A program made the position numbers and the translations under genes. Positions 26,956 to 40,959 of a DNA stretch of 64,000 bases are shown in pieces. How positions within the stretch are numbered: the first letter of the stretch is position 1; every line of letters starts with the position of its first letter. This DNA comes from Octopus sinensis (Eukaryota), in NCBI RefSeq assembly GCF_006345805.1, contig NC_043001.1, forward strand, positions 7,812,001-7,876,000, written 5' to 3'. The notes beneath the pieces were generated by a model that was not told the origin of the DNA, did not search any database, and saw only the letters and a list, made by a program, of their open reading frames with translations.

Positions 26956-27352
26956 CGTTTCTACTTTAAACACGAGGCCTGAAATTTTTGGAGAGGGGAC
27001 CTGTTGATTAGATTGATCCCAGTACGCAAGTGGCACTTAATTTATCGACCCAGAAAGAATGAAAGGCAAAGTCGACTTCGGTGAAATTTGAACTCAGAAC
27101 GTAGCGGCAGACGAAATACCTATTTCTTTACTACCCAGAAGGGGCTAAACATAGAGAGGATATACAAGGACAGACAAACGGATTAAGTCGATTATATCGA
27201 CCTCAGTGCGTAACTGGTACTTAATTTATCGACCCCGAAAGGATGAAAGGCAAAGTCGACCTCGGCGGAATTTGAACTCAGAACGTAACGGCAGACGAAA
27301 TACCGCTCGGCATTTCGCCCGGCGTGCTAACGTGTCTGCCAGGTCACCGCCT
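26956..27352 (-). mobile_element. Dimeric SINE family A
   Basis: Same aagaaata|ggtatttcgtctgcc junction as the 7836 copy; 18-bp TSD tagagaagtatt(g/a)atatt at 26938-26955 and 27353-27370. Confidence 0.88.
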
Positions 27353-27439
27353 TAGAGAAGTATTAATATTAACTGCAAAATCAACACTGAATGACCAATG
27401 AGATCTACGGAACATACTCATAAATTATATTCTTTGACT

Positions 27440-27660
27440 TTCTTTAATTTTTCGTCATTAGACTATGACCATGATTCGGCACCACCTTCAAGAATTTCTG
27501 TAGAACGAATTTCACCCTGTGTTTATTTTCAAACTCTGTAATGTATTCTGTCGGTCTTTGTCACTGAATCGGTAGATTACGGGTATATAAGCACACACTA
27601 CTTGACATGCTGTGGCAAGTGTCTAAACACAGACGTAAACACACACACACGCACGCACAT
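27440..27660 (-). mobile_element. Degenerate SINE family B, 3' half
   Basis: cgtcattagactatgaccatgattcggcaccacc...tattctgtcggtctttg...aaacacagac. Confidence 0.45.
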
Positions 27661-27951
27661 AAACAAGCAATAACTATCTATCTATATATATGAGGTCCAG
27701 GGATCGAGGTGTATGCAGTCAGTTACATTCAAACAATCTTTAGTAAATATAAAAAGCAACTTTCAGGGAAACTAGGGCTTTACTGAGACGGAAGGTTGTG
27801 GATTGTTTTCGTATCGAAGTCTGAATAAAGATCCACGAACTAAGGATTGGATTAGATAAGATGCGGGCTACATATGTTTCACACCGAGCGGAAACTCAGA
27901 AGTATTAAATATCCAAGTAAAGTGTATACCGCAGGCTACTATTCATGTCAA

Positions 27952-28008
<57 letters not shown>

Positions 28009-28301
28009 CTGCCTTTCTTTCCTGATGAGAAGATTGCATAATGCACCCTTTATTCCTTCGGAATGAAAATATTCTGTCTTCAACACATGTGTCGAGAGTA
28101 AAGGAATTTTGTTAACATCTTCGTTCGACTCCATTCTTTCATTTATTCATATACAACACACATATTTCTGCACATGAACCCAGAGTTTCTACCCTTGACA
28201 GGTCGCTTCAACCGTGTTTTCTGACGTGAATTTGCTACCCAGGTTTCGGTTAAACGAATGTTCCATGCTGACGATAAACATAGGATAATTCATTCACCTA
28301 G

Positions 28302-28344
<43 letters not shown>

Positions 28345-28347
<3 letters not shown>

Positions 28348-29475
28348 AATCTTTGTTAAAGAAAATAATAATAGCAGATCCACAGCTTACTCAAGAAATG
28401 AAGAGGTATGCTGTTATTGTGGTTATAAACGCTGAGCATAGCGATTTAGAAATACCTCGATTTTTAAAAGTTGCCAAAACATTCGTCTATAAAGTCTGTA
28501 AGGAGCTAGAGACTGAAGATCGAAACGTATCACAAATATCCAGCATGTTCAACAGACCTATGATTGTAATCCCAGAAAGTTGGTGAGCTCAATTGCAAAG
28601 GACTTCCATGTATCAGAAGGAACAGTCAGATATGTTGTCCACGCAGACATCAGATTTCATTCCTATATGATGAGGAAAGGTGAATTTATCAGGTAAAAAG
28701 GAAGAAAATCATTAAATCAGATCTGCAAGACGCTTAAATAAACTGCAAAATCCAGCAGAAGATTTGATTTGTTTATTCTCAAACGAGAAAAACTTCGACC
28801 AAGGTCAAAAATTAACAGAAGAAATGGCAGATGGCACTGTGCAGAGCCTTCTGAAGTTGCAAGTGTTATGCATGCGAAGGTTTCTGCAACTGTGAAGTTT
28901 TTTATTGGTTGTCAGCATTGAAGGACATATGATGTCTCCTTACTTCTTTCCACAAGGCCTTAGAGTTAACTATGCCGCCTACAAAGACGTCCGGGAAATA
29001 GTTGTGAAGATCCGGATAGACAGTGAATGCAATGGAAGGGTGTATGCGTTTCAGTCAGACTCTGCGCTATCACACATGGCTCCAGTAACACAAGAAGGAT
29101 GGCTGGAAATTTTCATGATAACATAACCCCTAACTTTCGGTATCCTAATTTCCCAGATCTCAATCCATCAGGCTATTATATGGGGAGCATTGTTAAGAGA
29201 GAGGTCAATGAAGAGGCTCATAACACAAAAGATTCTTTGAAAGTTGGCAAAATAAAGTCCAAAATGAACCTGGACCACTTGATTCGATTACGTAGACGAT
29301 TTAGATCTCATATAGAAGCAGTTGTTGAAGCTGAATGTGGTTTTATTGAATAACATTATAGAAGAGTTTTATTTTTATTCTCATAGTATCTTTTGATAAA
29401 TAAAGTTAGTACTTGTTATATATCTGTTTTTCATAAACATAAATCCGTCGACAAATATCTTACGCATCATATATA
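28345..29475 (+). mobile_element. Decayed Tc1/mariner DD37D (maT-like) transposon
   Basis: EHSDLEIPRFLKVAKTFVYKV (HTH); FQSDSALSH..TQ; NFHDNITPNFRYPNFPDLNPSGYY..VKREVN..HNTKDSLK. Confidence 0.85.
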
Positions 29476-29520
29476 TGTATATATATAAGCTGTTGTTATA
29501 TTTATATATATGTATGCATA

Positions 29521-29572
<52 letters not shown>

Positions 29573-29580
29573 AACTCTCT

Positions 29581-29627
<47 letters not shown>

Positions 29628-30764
29628 GTGGATGTACATATATATATATATTATATATATATATATCTATATATATATATATTTATATATGTATACATAC
29701 ACTCCCACATACTCACCTATATCTTTTGTGATATAACAGAAGTTCAACTGTTATAGCTCCCTCTCCCTCCGTCTATGTTTGAATGTATATACATATATAC
29801 TTGTGTATATGTGTGTGATTGTTTATACAGAGAGAAAGAGAGAGGGGAGACAAAGGGGGAGAGAGTGAGAAAGAGAGAGAGGAGTCAGTTAGAATTATAT
29901 AGATCGATGCATAGCAAAATTCATCCTGCGTAGATGTTGTAGACGTAATCGTTAACTTGCAAGAATGAAATAAAATATATAAGCATATTAAAATTTATTG
30001 TATATTTTCAAGTATGAAATGAAAAGCATTATAATGGGCTACGATAAGAGTTGCCAATAATGTTTCTATTCCTTCCCAATCAGTTATGATAAGTTCAACT
30101 GAAGTATCTGAAGATTTCATATGTAGAATTAAGATAGTACTTTTATAAATTATTCGATTGATATTATTAATACATTCGTTAGCTTCTTTTGTATCATCAG
30201 TCTTCATATACAAATAATATTGTATGTATCTCGTTGTGTCAAATCTAGTTGAAGTAAAACAGTTTTCCAAAGAGATTTGAATGTATTCGAAAAATCTACG
30301 CAACACTACGATTCACATTATTTTCATTTTTACCCTTCTTAAAAATTCTCAACTCACAGTAAACGATACAAATATCATCCTTTGTTTCCAATTGTTGTAC
30401 TAAAATTATCTCTTTTCGTTGAATATATATTCTCATTTAAATTGAGAACACATTTGTTGAAAGAATATAAGTGCAACTATTTCAAAGTTTATTTTATAAA
30501 TTAGGATATTTAGTAGATTTTTATATATCTTGGATATCTATAATGTTTTAATGTTTTACATAATTCCCACAGTTAGTATCTCTTGAAAGAATATACCATA
30601 GCTATTAGTCGTTTATAAGTGTTTGATTAGAATTAAATTACTTTCCTCAATGAGAATAGTATTCATTTATATTTATTATAAAAAACATTTGACCCCGTGG
30701 TGAAGCCGAAATCAAGAAAAACTGAACTTGATTATTCCATGTAACAATATATGAATTTGAAGCT

Positions 30765-30995
30765 TTACTACCCACAAGGGGCTAAACACAGAGAGGACAA
30801 ACAAGGACAGACAAACGGATTAAGTCGATTATATCGACCCCAGTGCGTAACTGGTACCCAATTTATCGACCTCGAAAGGATGAAAGGTAAAGTAAAGTCG
30901 ACCGCGACGGAATTTGAACGCAGAACGTAACGGCTGACGAAATACCGCAAAGCATTTCGCCCGGCGTGCTAATAATTCTGCCAGCTCGCTGCCTT
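30765..30995 (-). mobile_element. SINE family A monomer
   Basis: 10-bp TSD atttgaagct at 30755-30764 and 30996-31005. Confidence 0.9.
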
Positions 30996-31384
30996 ATTTG
31001 AAGCTATACCGCTATAATATATATCCAGATATGTTTTGTATTGTAAACTGATGTACAATAATAATGGAACAATAAGCGAAATATAGTTTTTGGTTTAATT
31101 AGAGGAATCTCTATAGATCCAAACACGCCAAGGCATTGCATTGTTTGAGATATTGCTTACTTTATAATTAATTTCGCATCATAAAACCTTTATGTCTTTT
31201 ATTCCCGATAATTAAAATATATTTCACTTGATTTATGGCGCAGCACAACTATATTTTGCAATCATTATTTGAGCGGCCGATATATTTCCATTATATCAAT
31301 CCCACTTAATTTTTACTACATTTTATCCTGCGATATGCAAGAGTTATACCTCGTTATTGGTTTCGAATTGCAGCAAAAGGCCAG

Positions 31385-31550
31385 AGAATTAGGGGAAAAG
31401 GAGTTAAGTTGATTACACCGACTCCAGCGCTTAACTGATACTTATTTTATCTTCATCGAAAGGATAAATTGTAATGTCGACCAGGACGGAATTTGAACTC
31501 GAAAGGTCAAAATTCCGCATGCTAATGATTCCGCCTGATCGCCTCCTTGC
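31385..31550 (-). mobile_element. Degenerate SINE family A (tail 2)
   Basis: gttgattacaccgactccagcgcttaactgatacttatt..gaaaggat..gtcgacc..ggaatttgaactc. Confidence 0.6.
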
Positions 31551-31914
31551 TACAACTTAATATTAGAAATTCTTGCATTCATAGAATGATATTCTGAATC
31601 AATGATTCTTACATCGATTTTATAAGTATTTCTCCTTTATACAGTAATAATCTAATCATAAATTCAATCGGTAATCCCAAAAGAATTAACGATTATCTAC
31701 TTTAAAACTGGTGTATTATTGTATGTTTCGTGTTCATTTGAAAGAATTATCGATATTGACCTGTAGGTATCATGGGATATTTTTCCTATGATGGCTCTGT
31801 ACGAAAAAACAATATGGTAAATATCAGGATAATGATATGACCGGTGTTGTCAGAATTGAGAATGACTCGCAGAGATAAATCACTGCTTCAGCGTATTAAG
31901 TGCCCCTGCCCAGG

Positions 31915-32110
31915 TGAACACGCGTAGCTTAATGGTTAGGACATTCCGTGGACGATGGTGAGGTCGAGAGTTATAATAAAAGCAGCGCGTTGTGTTCTTC
32001 AGCAAGACATTTCATTTCACGTTACCCCAGTCAACACAGCTGGCAAAAATGAACGGTAAGTATATTTCAAAAAGCCAGCCTTATCCCATTCTGTGTCACC
32101 TTTAACCACG
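31915..32110 (+). mobile_element. Degenerate SINE, head A plus partial tail X
   Basis: cgcgtagcttaatggttagg..gcgttgtgttcttcagcaagaca..cagctggcaaaaatg..tatttcaaaaagccagcc. Confidence 0.65.
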
Positions 32111-32287
32111 CTAAGAACTATTTTAAATATAACCGTATCTGTGTTGTGCTCATCCACTTGCACATTAATTTTGCAATCGGTCTGTTCCGTCGATTAATGG
32201 AAAACTTGTCACTGTAACATACTCCAAACCTACCGGAGAAATATGGAAAATTATGACTGTTTTGCTTCAGTTTTGAATTATTTTTAT

Positions 32288-32558
32288 TCATGCGCCCGGT
32301 TTTTGTGGCGTATGTGCTCCCCCCCCCCAGCTGGACGGGACGCCAGCCCATCGCAGCGTTACTCAAGAAATAGGAAGTGAGTGTGTGAGAAATTTGGGGC
32401 GAAAGAGTACAACAGGGGTCGACATCACCCCCTGCCGGAGCCTCGTGGAATTTGGGTGTTATCACTCAATAAACACACCTAACTCCCGGTCTGGGAATCG
32501 AAATCACGATCCTTCTACCGCGAGTCTTCTGCGCTAATCACTGGGCCATTTCGCCTCC
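32288..32558 (-). mobile_element. tRNA SINE, head B plus V-like tail
   Basis: The head matches 2428-2792; the tail reads gctgcgatgggctggcgtcccgtccagc. Confidence 0.8.
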
Positions 32559-32799
32559 ACTCAGTTTTGAACAATTAGAAATAAATAAAACTTTCGCCAA
32601 AACGACTGTCATATTACATTCTAAGGAAATTGAGACACATGAAAGAAAATGTAAGCACATTCTAGTAAGAAGTGTATCACATCGTGGAGAATGTGTAGAG
32701 ACAGAAATCAGGAAATATTTGGCTCCATAAAATTTTCTGGAAGTGATTTGAAAATAAGTCAGGAATTTTTTGTAAATGTAGTCACTTATATGTCTTTAC

Positions 32800-33060
32800 A
32801 GGAGAAATGTCCAAGTGCCTAGGATGGGAAGGAAAGTGTCCTTTTATTTGCTTTGTTGCTCGGTGTTTCCCCCGGGCATCCGGCGAATTTAACGGTCCAT
32901 GTAGGTTGACCACAGACCACAGGGTGGCGTCCGATGAAGATTTGTTACGTGGATAGGGATTCTGCTGGACGGATCGCCCGGGGAAGACTCGGTAATACAC
33001 CCGGAGTGTATACCGACAAATTGTAAATGCCGCAACATCGCATGTTCTCACACCTGACCT
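32800..33060 (-). mobile_element. Possible 5' end of an RTE-like LINE
   Basis: GC-richer island ending in atc cta ggc act tgg (ILGTW), similar to the GTWNV start of the APE endonuclease. Weak. Confidence 0.25.
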
Positions 33061-33586
33061 GACATTTGAATATAGATATTACCATGAAAGAAATATTTAA
33101 CGTTGAGTGAAGAGACTTACAAAATTCAGACCTAATTTTGTGGAGTGGTGAGAGAATAAACATGAATTTTTACTGCGGCGATTATTTACAGATAAAAATA
33201 TGCAACCTTCTATACGTTGTCTGATGGAGATTGTGAGCCTAAAAACGAAAGTAGCATATGGCACTGCTGCGAATTCATTGGATCTAGAAGCATTGAAATA
33301 GCTTGGAAAGTGTTCTGTTATAACAGTGTTTCTCAAACGGAATCCGTGTAAGATTTTGTGAAAATTTATATACAATAAATTGGTTATAGTGCTACAATAC
33401 ACAAAAAGTTTTAGGAAGTTTTTATACCATTTCTAATGTTATTTCACTATAAAAATATAATAGTTTATAAACATGGAATGGTTATGAGGGTCTGTGTGAG
33501 AAAATTGGCAATCAAAGTGGTCCATAGGCAATAACATTGGGGTTAAACTCTGAGTTATAACAAAAATGACTCGTATGTCTAATACC

Positions 33587-33807
33587 TATTTCTTTACTCC
33601 CCACAAGGGGCTAAACACAAAGAGGGGACAAACAAGGACAGACAAATGGATTAAGTCGATTAGATCGACCTCAGTGCGTAACTGGTACATATTTAAGCGA
33701 TTCCGAAAGGATGAAAGGCAAAGTCGACCTCAGCGGAATTTGAACTCAGACGAAATACCGCTAAGCATTTCGACCGGCGTGATAACGATTCTGCCTGCTC
33801 ACCGCCT
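33587..33807 (-). mobile_element. SINE family A monomer
   Basis: 16-bp TSD tcgtat(g/c)tctaatacc at 33571-33586 and 33808-33823. Confidence 0.9.
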
Positions 33808-34224
33808 TCGTATCTCTAATACCACCACGAAACATAAATGGTAGGCAGGAAAATTGATAAATAGCTTATAGCCTTCTGAACAAAACACGATGGAAATTCA
33901 CATTGCACTCCATACGTAGAATATCAGGGAAAAGAAGTAAGTATATTAAAAAAAGGATGTTAAAACCTGTGACAGCTGAGGAACGTTCAGTCGTATTCTC
34001 TCGAAAAGCAGCAGTAAATTTTCAAAGTTACTCACAAGCGAGATACTAGCGTCGCACACTTAGACCTTTCACTACATTTGAATATGTTGAAAAGTGTAAA
34101 TTTTCAACGATAATGGAAACAAAACTTATACGCTCTTAAGAGCCGCAAAGTAACATTTTCAAATTATTTTAATTTTACTTATAAACAAAATATTACTCCT
34201 GCATATACATACGCAAGTGTTTAT

Positions 34225-34266
<42 letters not shown>

Positions 34267-35391
34267 TCGCGTGCAGGAGTGTGTGGCGTTGTATGTAATG
34301 TGAACATGCATCTATATATGTAAACTCTATGTAGATGTTTTTTTGCTGATCTTGCTAGAATCACAATGGAATGAATTACTTGTAATCTTATTTTCAACTC
34401 TGATAATTGCTTTTCAGGAAATGTAGAGCAATATTTTTCCCTCTGATATATGAAGATGTCTAGACACATCAGTGCAATTATTTTATAGAAAAATAGAGAA
34501 GCGAATCAAAGCCATATTTTTATTCGATGTAAGATTAGATACGTTACACAACCAGAGTACATCACAGTAGTAAGATTTGTTTGCTTTATTTTCCTTATTC
34601 ATCTTCTCACTCAAATAATTTGTAGTGCAAATATTAGAAAAATTCCTTACTAGTTTTGTTAGTTCTAGACGAACTATTAATTAAATCATGGGAGACATCG
34701 GTGTAAATAATATCCTTTCTCTGTTACTGCCTCAGGGTTAACAGAGAAGGTAATTTACTTACAGAATAGACAAAGAATTTGCGTGTGCCACAGAAAAAAT
34801 ATTTCAAAATCATGTGAAATAACTTATAAAAGAACAGCAAAAAACGAAGAGTCCCACATATCGCATAAGAGAGAACCAAACCCTACCGGGATAAGATAGA
34901 TGTCAAACTTTTCATTTTCCATTTACTTCTAAGGTCTTGGATTCTCATATTCGATTACTTGAAGACAACAACCCTTTTCACAGAGTTCACCCCTATTTAA
35001 AATAAATTCCTAGGACCCTAATTTCAGCAAATATGCTTCCCTCTTCGCATCTTCAGGAGAAACATGAAACATTGAATATCAGTGATCACTTTTAAGAGAC
35101 AAATATCGCTACCCTGGCTCTAATTAATACCATATATGATTTCATTAATACTATATTTGATTTCATTTTCACGGAATAATATATATAATAGGCAAGTCAC
35201 ATTTGGTTTATTAAGACAGCAGTGTACTGCACATTCTCCAGTGGATCATCGACAAGAAATCAAGTCATGCATGAACTGTGAGATGTGCTACTTGAGCACG
35301 AGGGTAACACCCTATAGCTTCATCAGAGCATTGATACATTTTATTGGGGAAAATTGCATCTCTCGATATTTTATGCCCTCTCTCTCTCTCT

Positions 35392-35424
<33 letters not shown>

Positions 35425-35649
35425 GCCATCTTCCCCTGTTTGTGCGTGACAATATGTCTGCTTATGTTTTCTTTTATTTTCATTATGGTATATGCGCATG
35501 CGTGTAATTGCATATCTTTTACTACATTTGGACAGGTCTTTCCAAAGGCATCAACATTAACATCTTCATCCTAACTCCTCTGTGTTCTTGAAATGTAAAT
35601 TCTCCCATTTAAATTACATTTCATATTCAAGGCTCTAATAAAGTTCTAG

Positions 35650-36825
35650 GATGTGTCATCTGCAACTCAACAAAGAGCCCGTCACACCTCATAGCAGAAA
35701 CAGCTGTAAAGTAATGAAGTTCATTACGCAGTCTTTGTTTTTTCCAGTGTCATCTCTTCGATTCTAGTGCAACAAAGAGCCCGTCACACTTAGAAACAGC
35801 TGTAAAGTTTGAAGTTCATTACACAGTCTTTGTTTTTTCCAGTGTCATCTCTTCGATTCTAGTGCAACAAAGAGCCCGTCACACTTAGAAACAGCTGTAA
35901 AGTAATGAAGTTCATTACACAGCCTTTGTTTTTTCCAGTCTCATCTCTTCGATTCTAGTGCAACAAAGAGCCCGTCACACTTAGAAACAGCTGTAAAGTA
36001 ATGAAGTTCATTACACAGTCTTTGTTTTTTCCAGTGTCATCTCTTCGATTCTAGTGCAACAAAGAGCCCGTCACACTTAGAAACAGCTGTAAAGTAATGA
36101 AGTTCATTACACAGTCTTTGTTTTTTCCAGTGTCATCTCTTCAATTCTAATGCAACAAAGAGCCCGTCACACTTAGAAACAGCTGTAAAGTAATGAAGTT
36201 CATTACACAGCCTTTGTTTTTTCCAGTCTCATCTCTTCGATTCTAGTGCAACAAAGAGCCCGTCACACTTAGAAACAGCTGTAAAGTAATGAAATTCATT
36301 ACACAGTCTTTGTTTTTTCCAGTGTCATCTCTTCGATTCTAGTGCAACAAAGAGCCCGTCACACTTAGAAACACCTGTAAAGTAATGAAGTTCATTACAC
36401 AGTCTTTGTTTTTTCCAGTGTCATCTCTTCAATTCTAATGCAACAAAGAGCCCGTCACACTTAGAAACACCTGTAAAGTAATGAAGTTCATTACACAGCC
36501 TTTGTTTTTTCCAGTCTCATCTCTTCGATTCTAGTGCAACAAAGAGCCCGTCACACTTAGAAACAGCTGTAAAGTAATGAAATTCATTACACAGTCTTTG
36601 TTTTTTCCAGTGTCATCTCTTCGATTCTAGTGCAACAAAGAGCCCGTCACACTTAGAAACACCTGTAAAGTAATGAAGTTCATTACACAGTCTTTGTTTT
36701 TTCCAGTGTCATCTCTTCAATTCTAATGCAACAAAGAGCCCGTCACACTTAGAAACACCTGTAAAGTAATGAAGTTCATTACACAGCCTTTGTTTTTTCC
36801 AGTGTCATCTCAATTCTAGTGCAAA
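35650..36825. repeat. 96-bp tandem satellite, 12 units, with a 3-unit higher-order repeat
   Basis: gagcccgtcac occurs at 35675, 35777, 35872, then every 96 bp up to 36736. Confidence 0.97.
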
Positions 36826-37949
36826 TATAATCTCATCTAACATTGTGTTCTGCGCCTTATGCATATTGAGCTCTACACCAGCCTAGCTACGCCTAAGTGA
36901 AATACATGTATATATACCAACGTTTATTTTAAAGCAGCCATCTCCAAGTCTCAGAATATAGAAATACTTTGTTATCCAAATCAAAAACGTTTTCCTCATT
37001 CAGACTTTTCTAGATAAGCATTAAATATATGTTGGAACATCTCCAATAGTCTGATACATGACTTAACTCTAGTGTGTTCACTGCAGTGAAAAAGCCAATA
37101 TAATTCAATAATAACAGAATATCATAACGATAATAAGTTCCAACTTCCAACTTTTTATTGGTTTATCTTTGTCGGCAAATGACAACCTTATCGAGACTTC
37201 CCGCACGAATTTCGATTCTGTAATGAAATTTGCCAATTGTTTATTGTTGGTGAGATAAAATAGTAACGTTCCACAATTTGGTTTTTATCAAATTCTGAAT
37301 TCAAGATTGCGTAAAGAAAAACCTCTTTTCGATAAAACGTAGAGTTAGAGAGTTACATTTCCTAAATAATTCAGAAATACTGAATAATTTGTTAAAAAAA
37401 ACTTTGTTAATCAAAAAGAATACTGTCGGTGCTGCTCTATCGAAATCATTCATGTTTTTGAGTTACCTTACATTCCATTTGTAATATTTGTTCTACTGTG
37501 GTTCCATGCTCCATAAGTTTGAAGGGCATAATGAAAATTGCTAAGCTGATGAGTAATTATTAAAAAATGATTAATCACTACGTAGGACATTTTATTGTAG
37601 GGTTCGCGGTTGTCGCTGAAGGTGATAATGCTAGTGTTGTTGCTGTTAATATCATCTTATGTTACTAATTACACTCTCACGTCGTTACATAGCCAAAGCT
37701 GTCACAATTTGGATAGGACTTTCAGATATAAGGAGGACAATATTAAGCAAAATGACACATCTGCTTTCGAGGCTATTGTTCTCTAGGTTTAATGCCTTTA
37801 GTCTTTTAGGTGATGGTGTTTCTACTTACAAAATAACAAAATGGGTTTGACGTTGTTGTGTATCTAAATGAGTATATTTGAATATCCAAGAAAAGCATTG
37901 CTGATTGAAATATATTATTCTATGACTACGATTAGGTTTTATTGGTATG

Positions 37950-38800
37950 GAAATTGAGTTTTAGTCATAGAGAAATAAGATTTTCCTTTCATTTTCCCTC
38001 CATTTCCTTTCATGTGCTTCTTGAATTTGCAGACATATCGAGGCCGGTTAGGCTTCCTTTCTTAAATATCTCTTCAAAGTTTCAGTCTTCAGCCTGTAAT
38101 AACTATATTAAGGAGGGGACGTTCTTGGCAAATGCATGTGGAGGTAGTGTATAAACAATATGCATAATTCACTATGCAAAACGTGGGGCACAAATGAATA
38201 TTACATATTTTCCATCGACGTTATGTCCGATCACGGAGGAACTTAATACCTATAACAAGGGGAAACATAAAGCAGTTTGATTAATTGTAAATAAATGAAT
38301 TCGGTGGATGGTACTTTCATTGCAAATTTTCAGTGACACCTTTGTAAATAAACAATTAGTTTCAATATGTAACATTTGAATTTCAGTGTACTTCTCAAGA
38401 CGTTATTTACTCATGCTTAGTAGTTTAGTTGTTCTCAGTAGAGTAGAGATAATATTTCTGAACGCTATTAAAATTATCAGAGTTGTAGGTTATTGTATAC
38501 GTACCTTACGCAATCAACACAAACATCTGGAGTAATTCTATGGCCTAAACTTTGAAATAGAAATATATTTGTTATAGTTCAGGCTTTTAGGGGATGAGAT
38601 ATGATGAGGCTCTCTGGATTTTTCAATGACTATCTTGTAAATTATTTGAAGGAAAATTTACTGGAATGCTGCCATTGCAAATACATTTGCGAATATTTGT
38701 TGGATTTACTATCATGTAATAACGTGTTGGAGTCCATTGACATGGTTTCGATTGAGTCCTTAATTACCACGGATTTATATTCATTGCTTATATATCAGTA
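37950..38800 (-). mobile_element. Highly decayed I/Jockey-group LINE RT
   Basis: Minus strand gives NGSIP and FPLVIGIKFLRDRT followed by gtgccccac (VP-Q/H-like), in the order expected for an RT. Confidence 0.35.
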
Positions 38801-40641
38801 TCTGCATGAATAATTATCTCTCTATTAAGACAATGGAGATCCATTTTCACATTTTATTTTGCTAGGATATGACAATTGCAGGTGACATATGGGATGCATT
38901 GAAGGACATGTTAAATTGTTAAGGAGTATACTATCTTCATCGAAACTTATATCAATGTGAGAGTGAAATTGTTGGTCACAATACAGGGCTCAGTGACAAC
39001 TTGAGTGAGTTAGTAGAGTGTGTAACGAAAATGGTTCAAACATCGTCCACCGCGTTGGATGATCTGAGAAGAAGAAAATTATTTAAGATACGGAAGACAA
39101 CATTAATGCATGGACAACATGAGTGGACAAGTTTGACTGGAGATTTGACTGCAGATTCGCGGTTGAAATGTTTGGTTATTCGAGGTCAAGTACCCAGCTT
39201 TTAACCAAACATTCGGTGTTGTTAAATTACTAGTGTATTGTATAGGTGATCGCTTTTGTAAAAGGTATGTACGGAAGCAATCTCTGTGTGGTTATTAAGT
39301 ACAATAAGAAGGGAAAACAATATTGTATTTCGGCGACTGGGCGTTGAGATGTCTCCTTTTCGTTTAATTTTGGAAATAAAATGCAGCATGTTTTTATAGT
39401 CATATAGGCCTTTTCATAAACTTTGAGGCTAGAGGTTGTTAGAATTTACCTCCCTGGTCTCAGACGCTGAAAAGGAAAGGACATTGCCCCGGAGGAAAGC
39501 GAGAGAGATGCAATTTAATATATTCCAAATGTTTCTATTTCCTCGCCCTTTGTGAATGTGTTAAGAAATTAAAGATGAAGCTAATAATATTTCGGTGAGT
39601 TTGTTTGTATCGACATACAACACTAAATTCCTTTTGGATCATTGAAGAGCATTTTCAGGACCATTGGCCCTCTATCTGGGAAGTGAGTGGTTTTTAAATT
39701 TGCCCTTAGTTACTTTCTATTTCTTGTGATGTGCTTCTTGAAAACGGAAATGGATAGTTAATGTGCTGCAAGAGAATCAATTATGGCAAGCTTGGAGTAA
39801 GTTAAAAAAAATAACGCAACGAATATGATTTATTTTTTTTCCACAAGGGAACACCTCTAACATCTCAAGGGATATTAAGGGACAGAAACGAATATCGTTC
39901 AAATTTCTTTCGATATCTATAGCAACACCAAATGTTTAGTTAATTTTTTCCAATCATTTATATTTCTGAGATTCAAAACAGATCATTCTAATAGACATAG
40001 GGCATATATTGATTTTGACAAATGGCTGTTATATATTTTGCTGCAATGTAGAAATGGATGCATATGAGAGAAAATATATTGAAGAGAGTACAGATGCGAA
40101 AGATCATTATTAAAAATCAAATATGAAAGAGAAAATGAGACGGATATTAGTCAATATGTTTGTTTGTCTGAAGTATTGATAGGAAATAAATGGAAATATT
40201 GGTTTTATTTCATCAATTCATTTCAATTTAATAGTTAATTACATTTTAAATTAACATTGTAGTATGAATATTCCTCATTTATTGTCTCACATAGTTTCTC
40301 TTTTTATTTTATACCATATATTTCTCACAGATTTAAAATATTTCTATTTTCTTTACCTTTGAATTTAATGTAATTTTATATTTCCGAAATTGTAATTTTA
40401 TTAGCCATGACGCACTAACACTAAAGCTACATTTCGGTACACACTATTACTTCAATTATCCGTTATGGTTGTACATAGTTTTATTGTATTCAATATAACA
40501 TTTCCCAACTTTTTTCGTATTGTAATTAGATGAGGGATGTGATTCTCTCATAATATTGTTTCTGTTTGGGAATACAATTAGTATAAAAGTTAAAACACGC
40601 ATGAAGAGAGCAAGACAAAACAGAAGGAGACAGAATCACAT

Positions 40642-40693
<52 letters not shown>

Positions 40694-40722
40694 TATATAT
40701 ACACATACACACATACACACAC

Positions 40723-40753
<31 letters not shown>

Positions 40754-40786
40754 ATATATATAACATATATATACATATATATATTG

Positions 40787-40886
<100 letters not shown>

Positions 40887-40893
40887 ATATATA

Positions 40894-40951
<58 letters not shown>

Positions 40952-40959
40952 GCATACAT

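Noticed and set aside
27860-27905. Hammerhead-like GAAAC-ATATGT-A on the minus strand
   Set aside because: No CUGANGA core or matching stem I can be found upstream.
35650-36825. CRISPR array or 32-aa coding repeat
   Set aside because: There are no unique spacers and no cas genes, the context is eukaryotic, and all six frames of the unit contain a stop.
38601-38813. Plus-strand ORF resembling an APE endonuclease C-terminus (LDLL..NN..TD)
   Set aside because: The similarity is weak, and the opposite strand shows better-ordered RT remnants.
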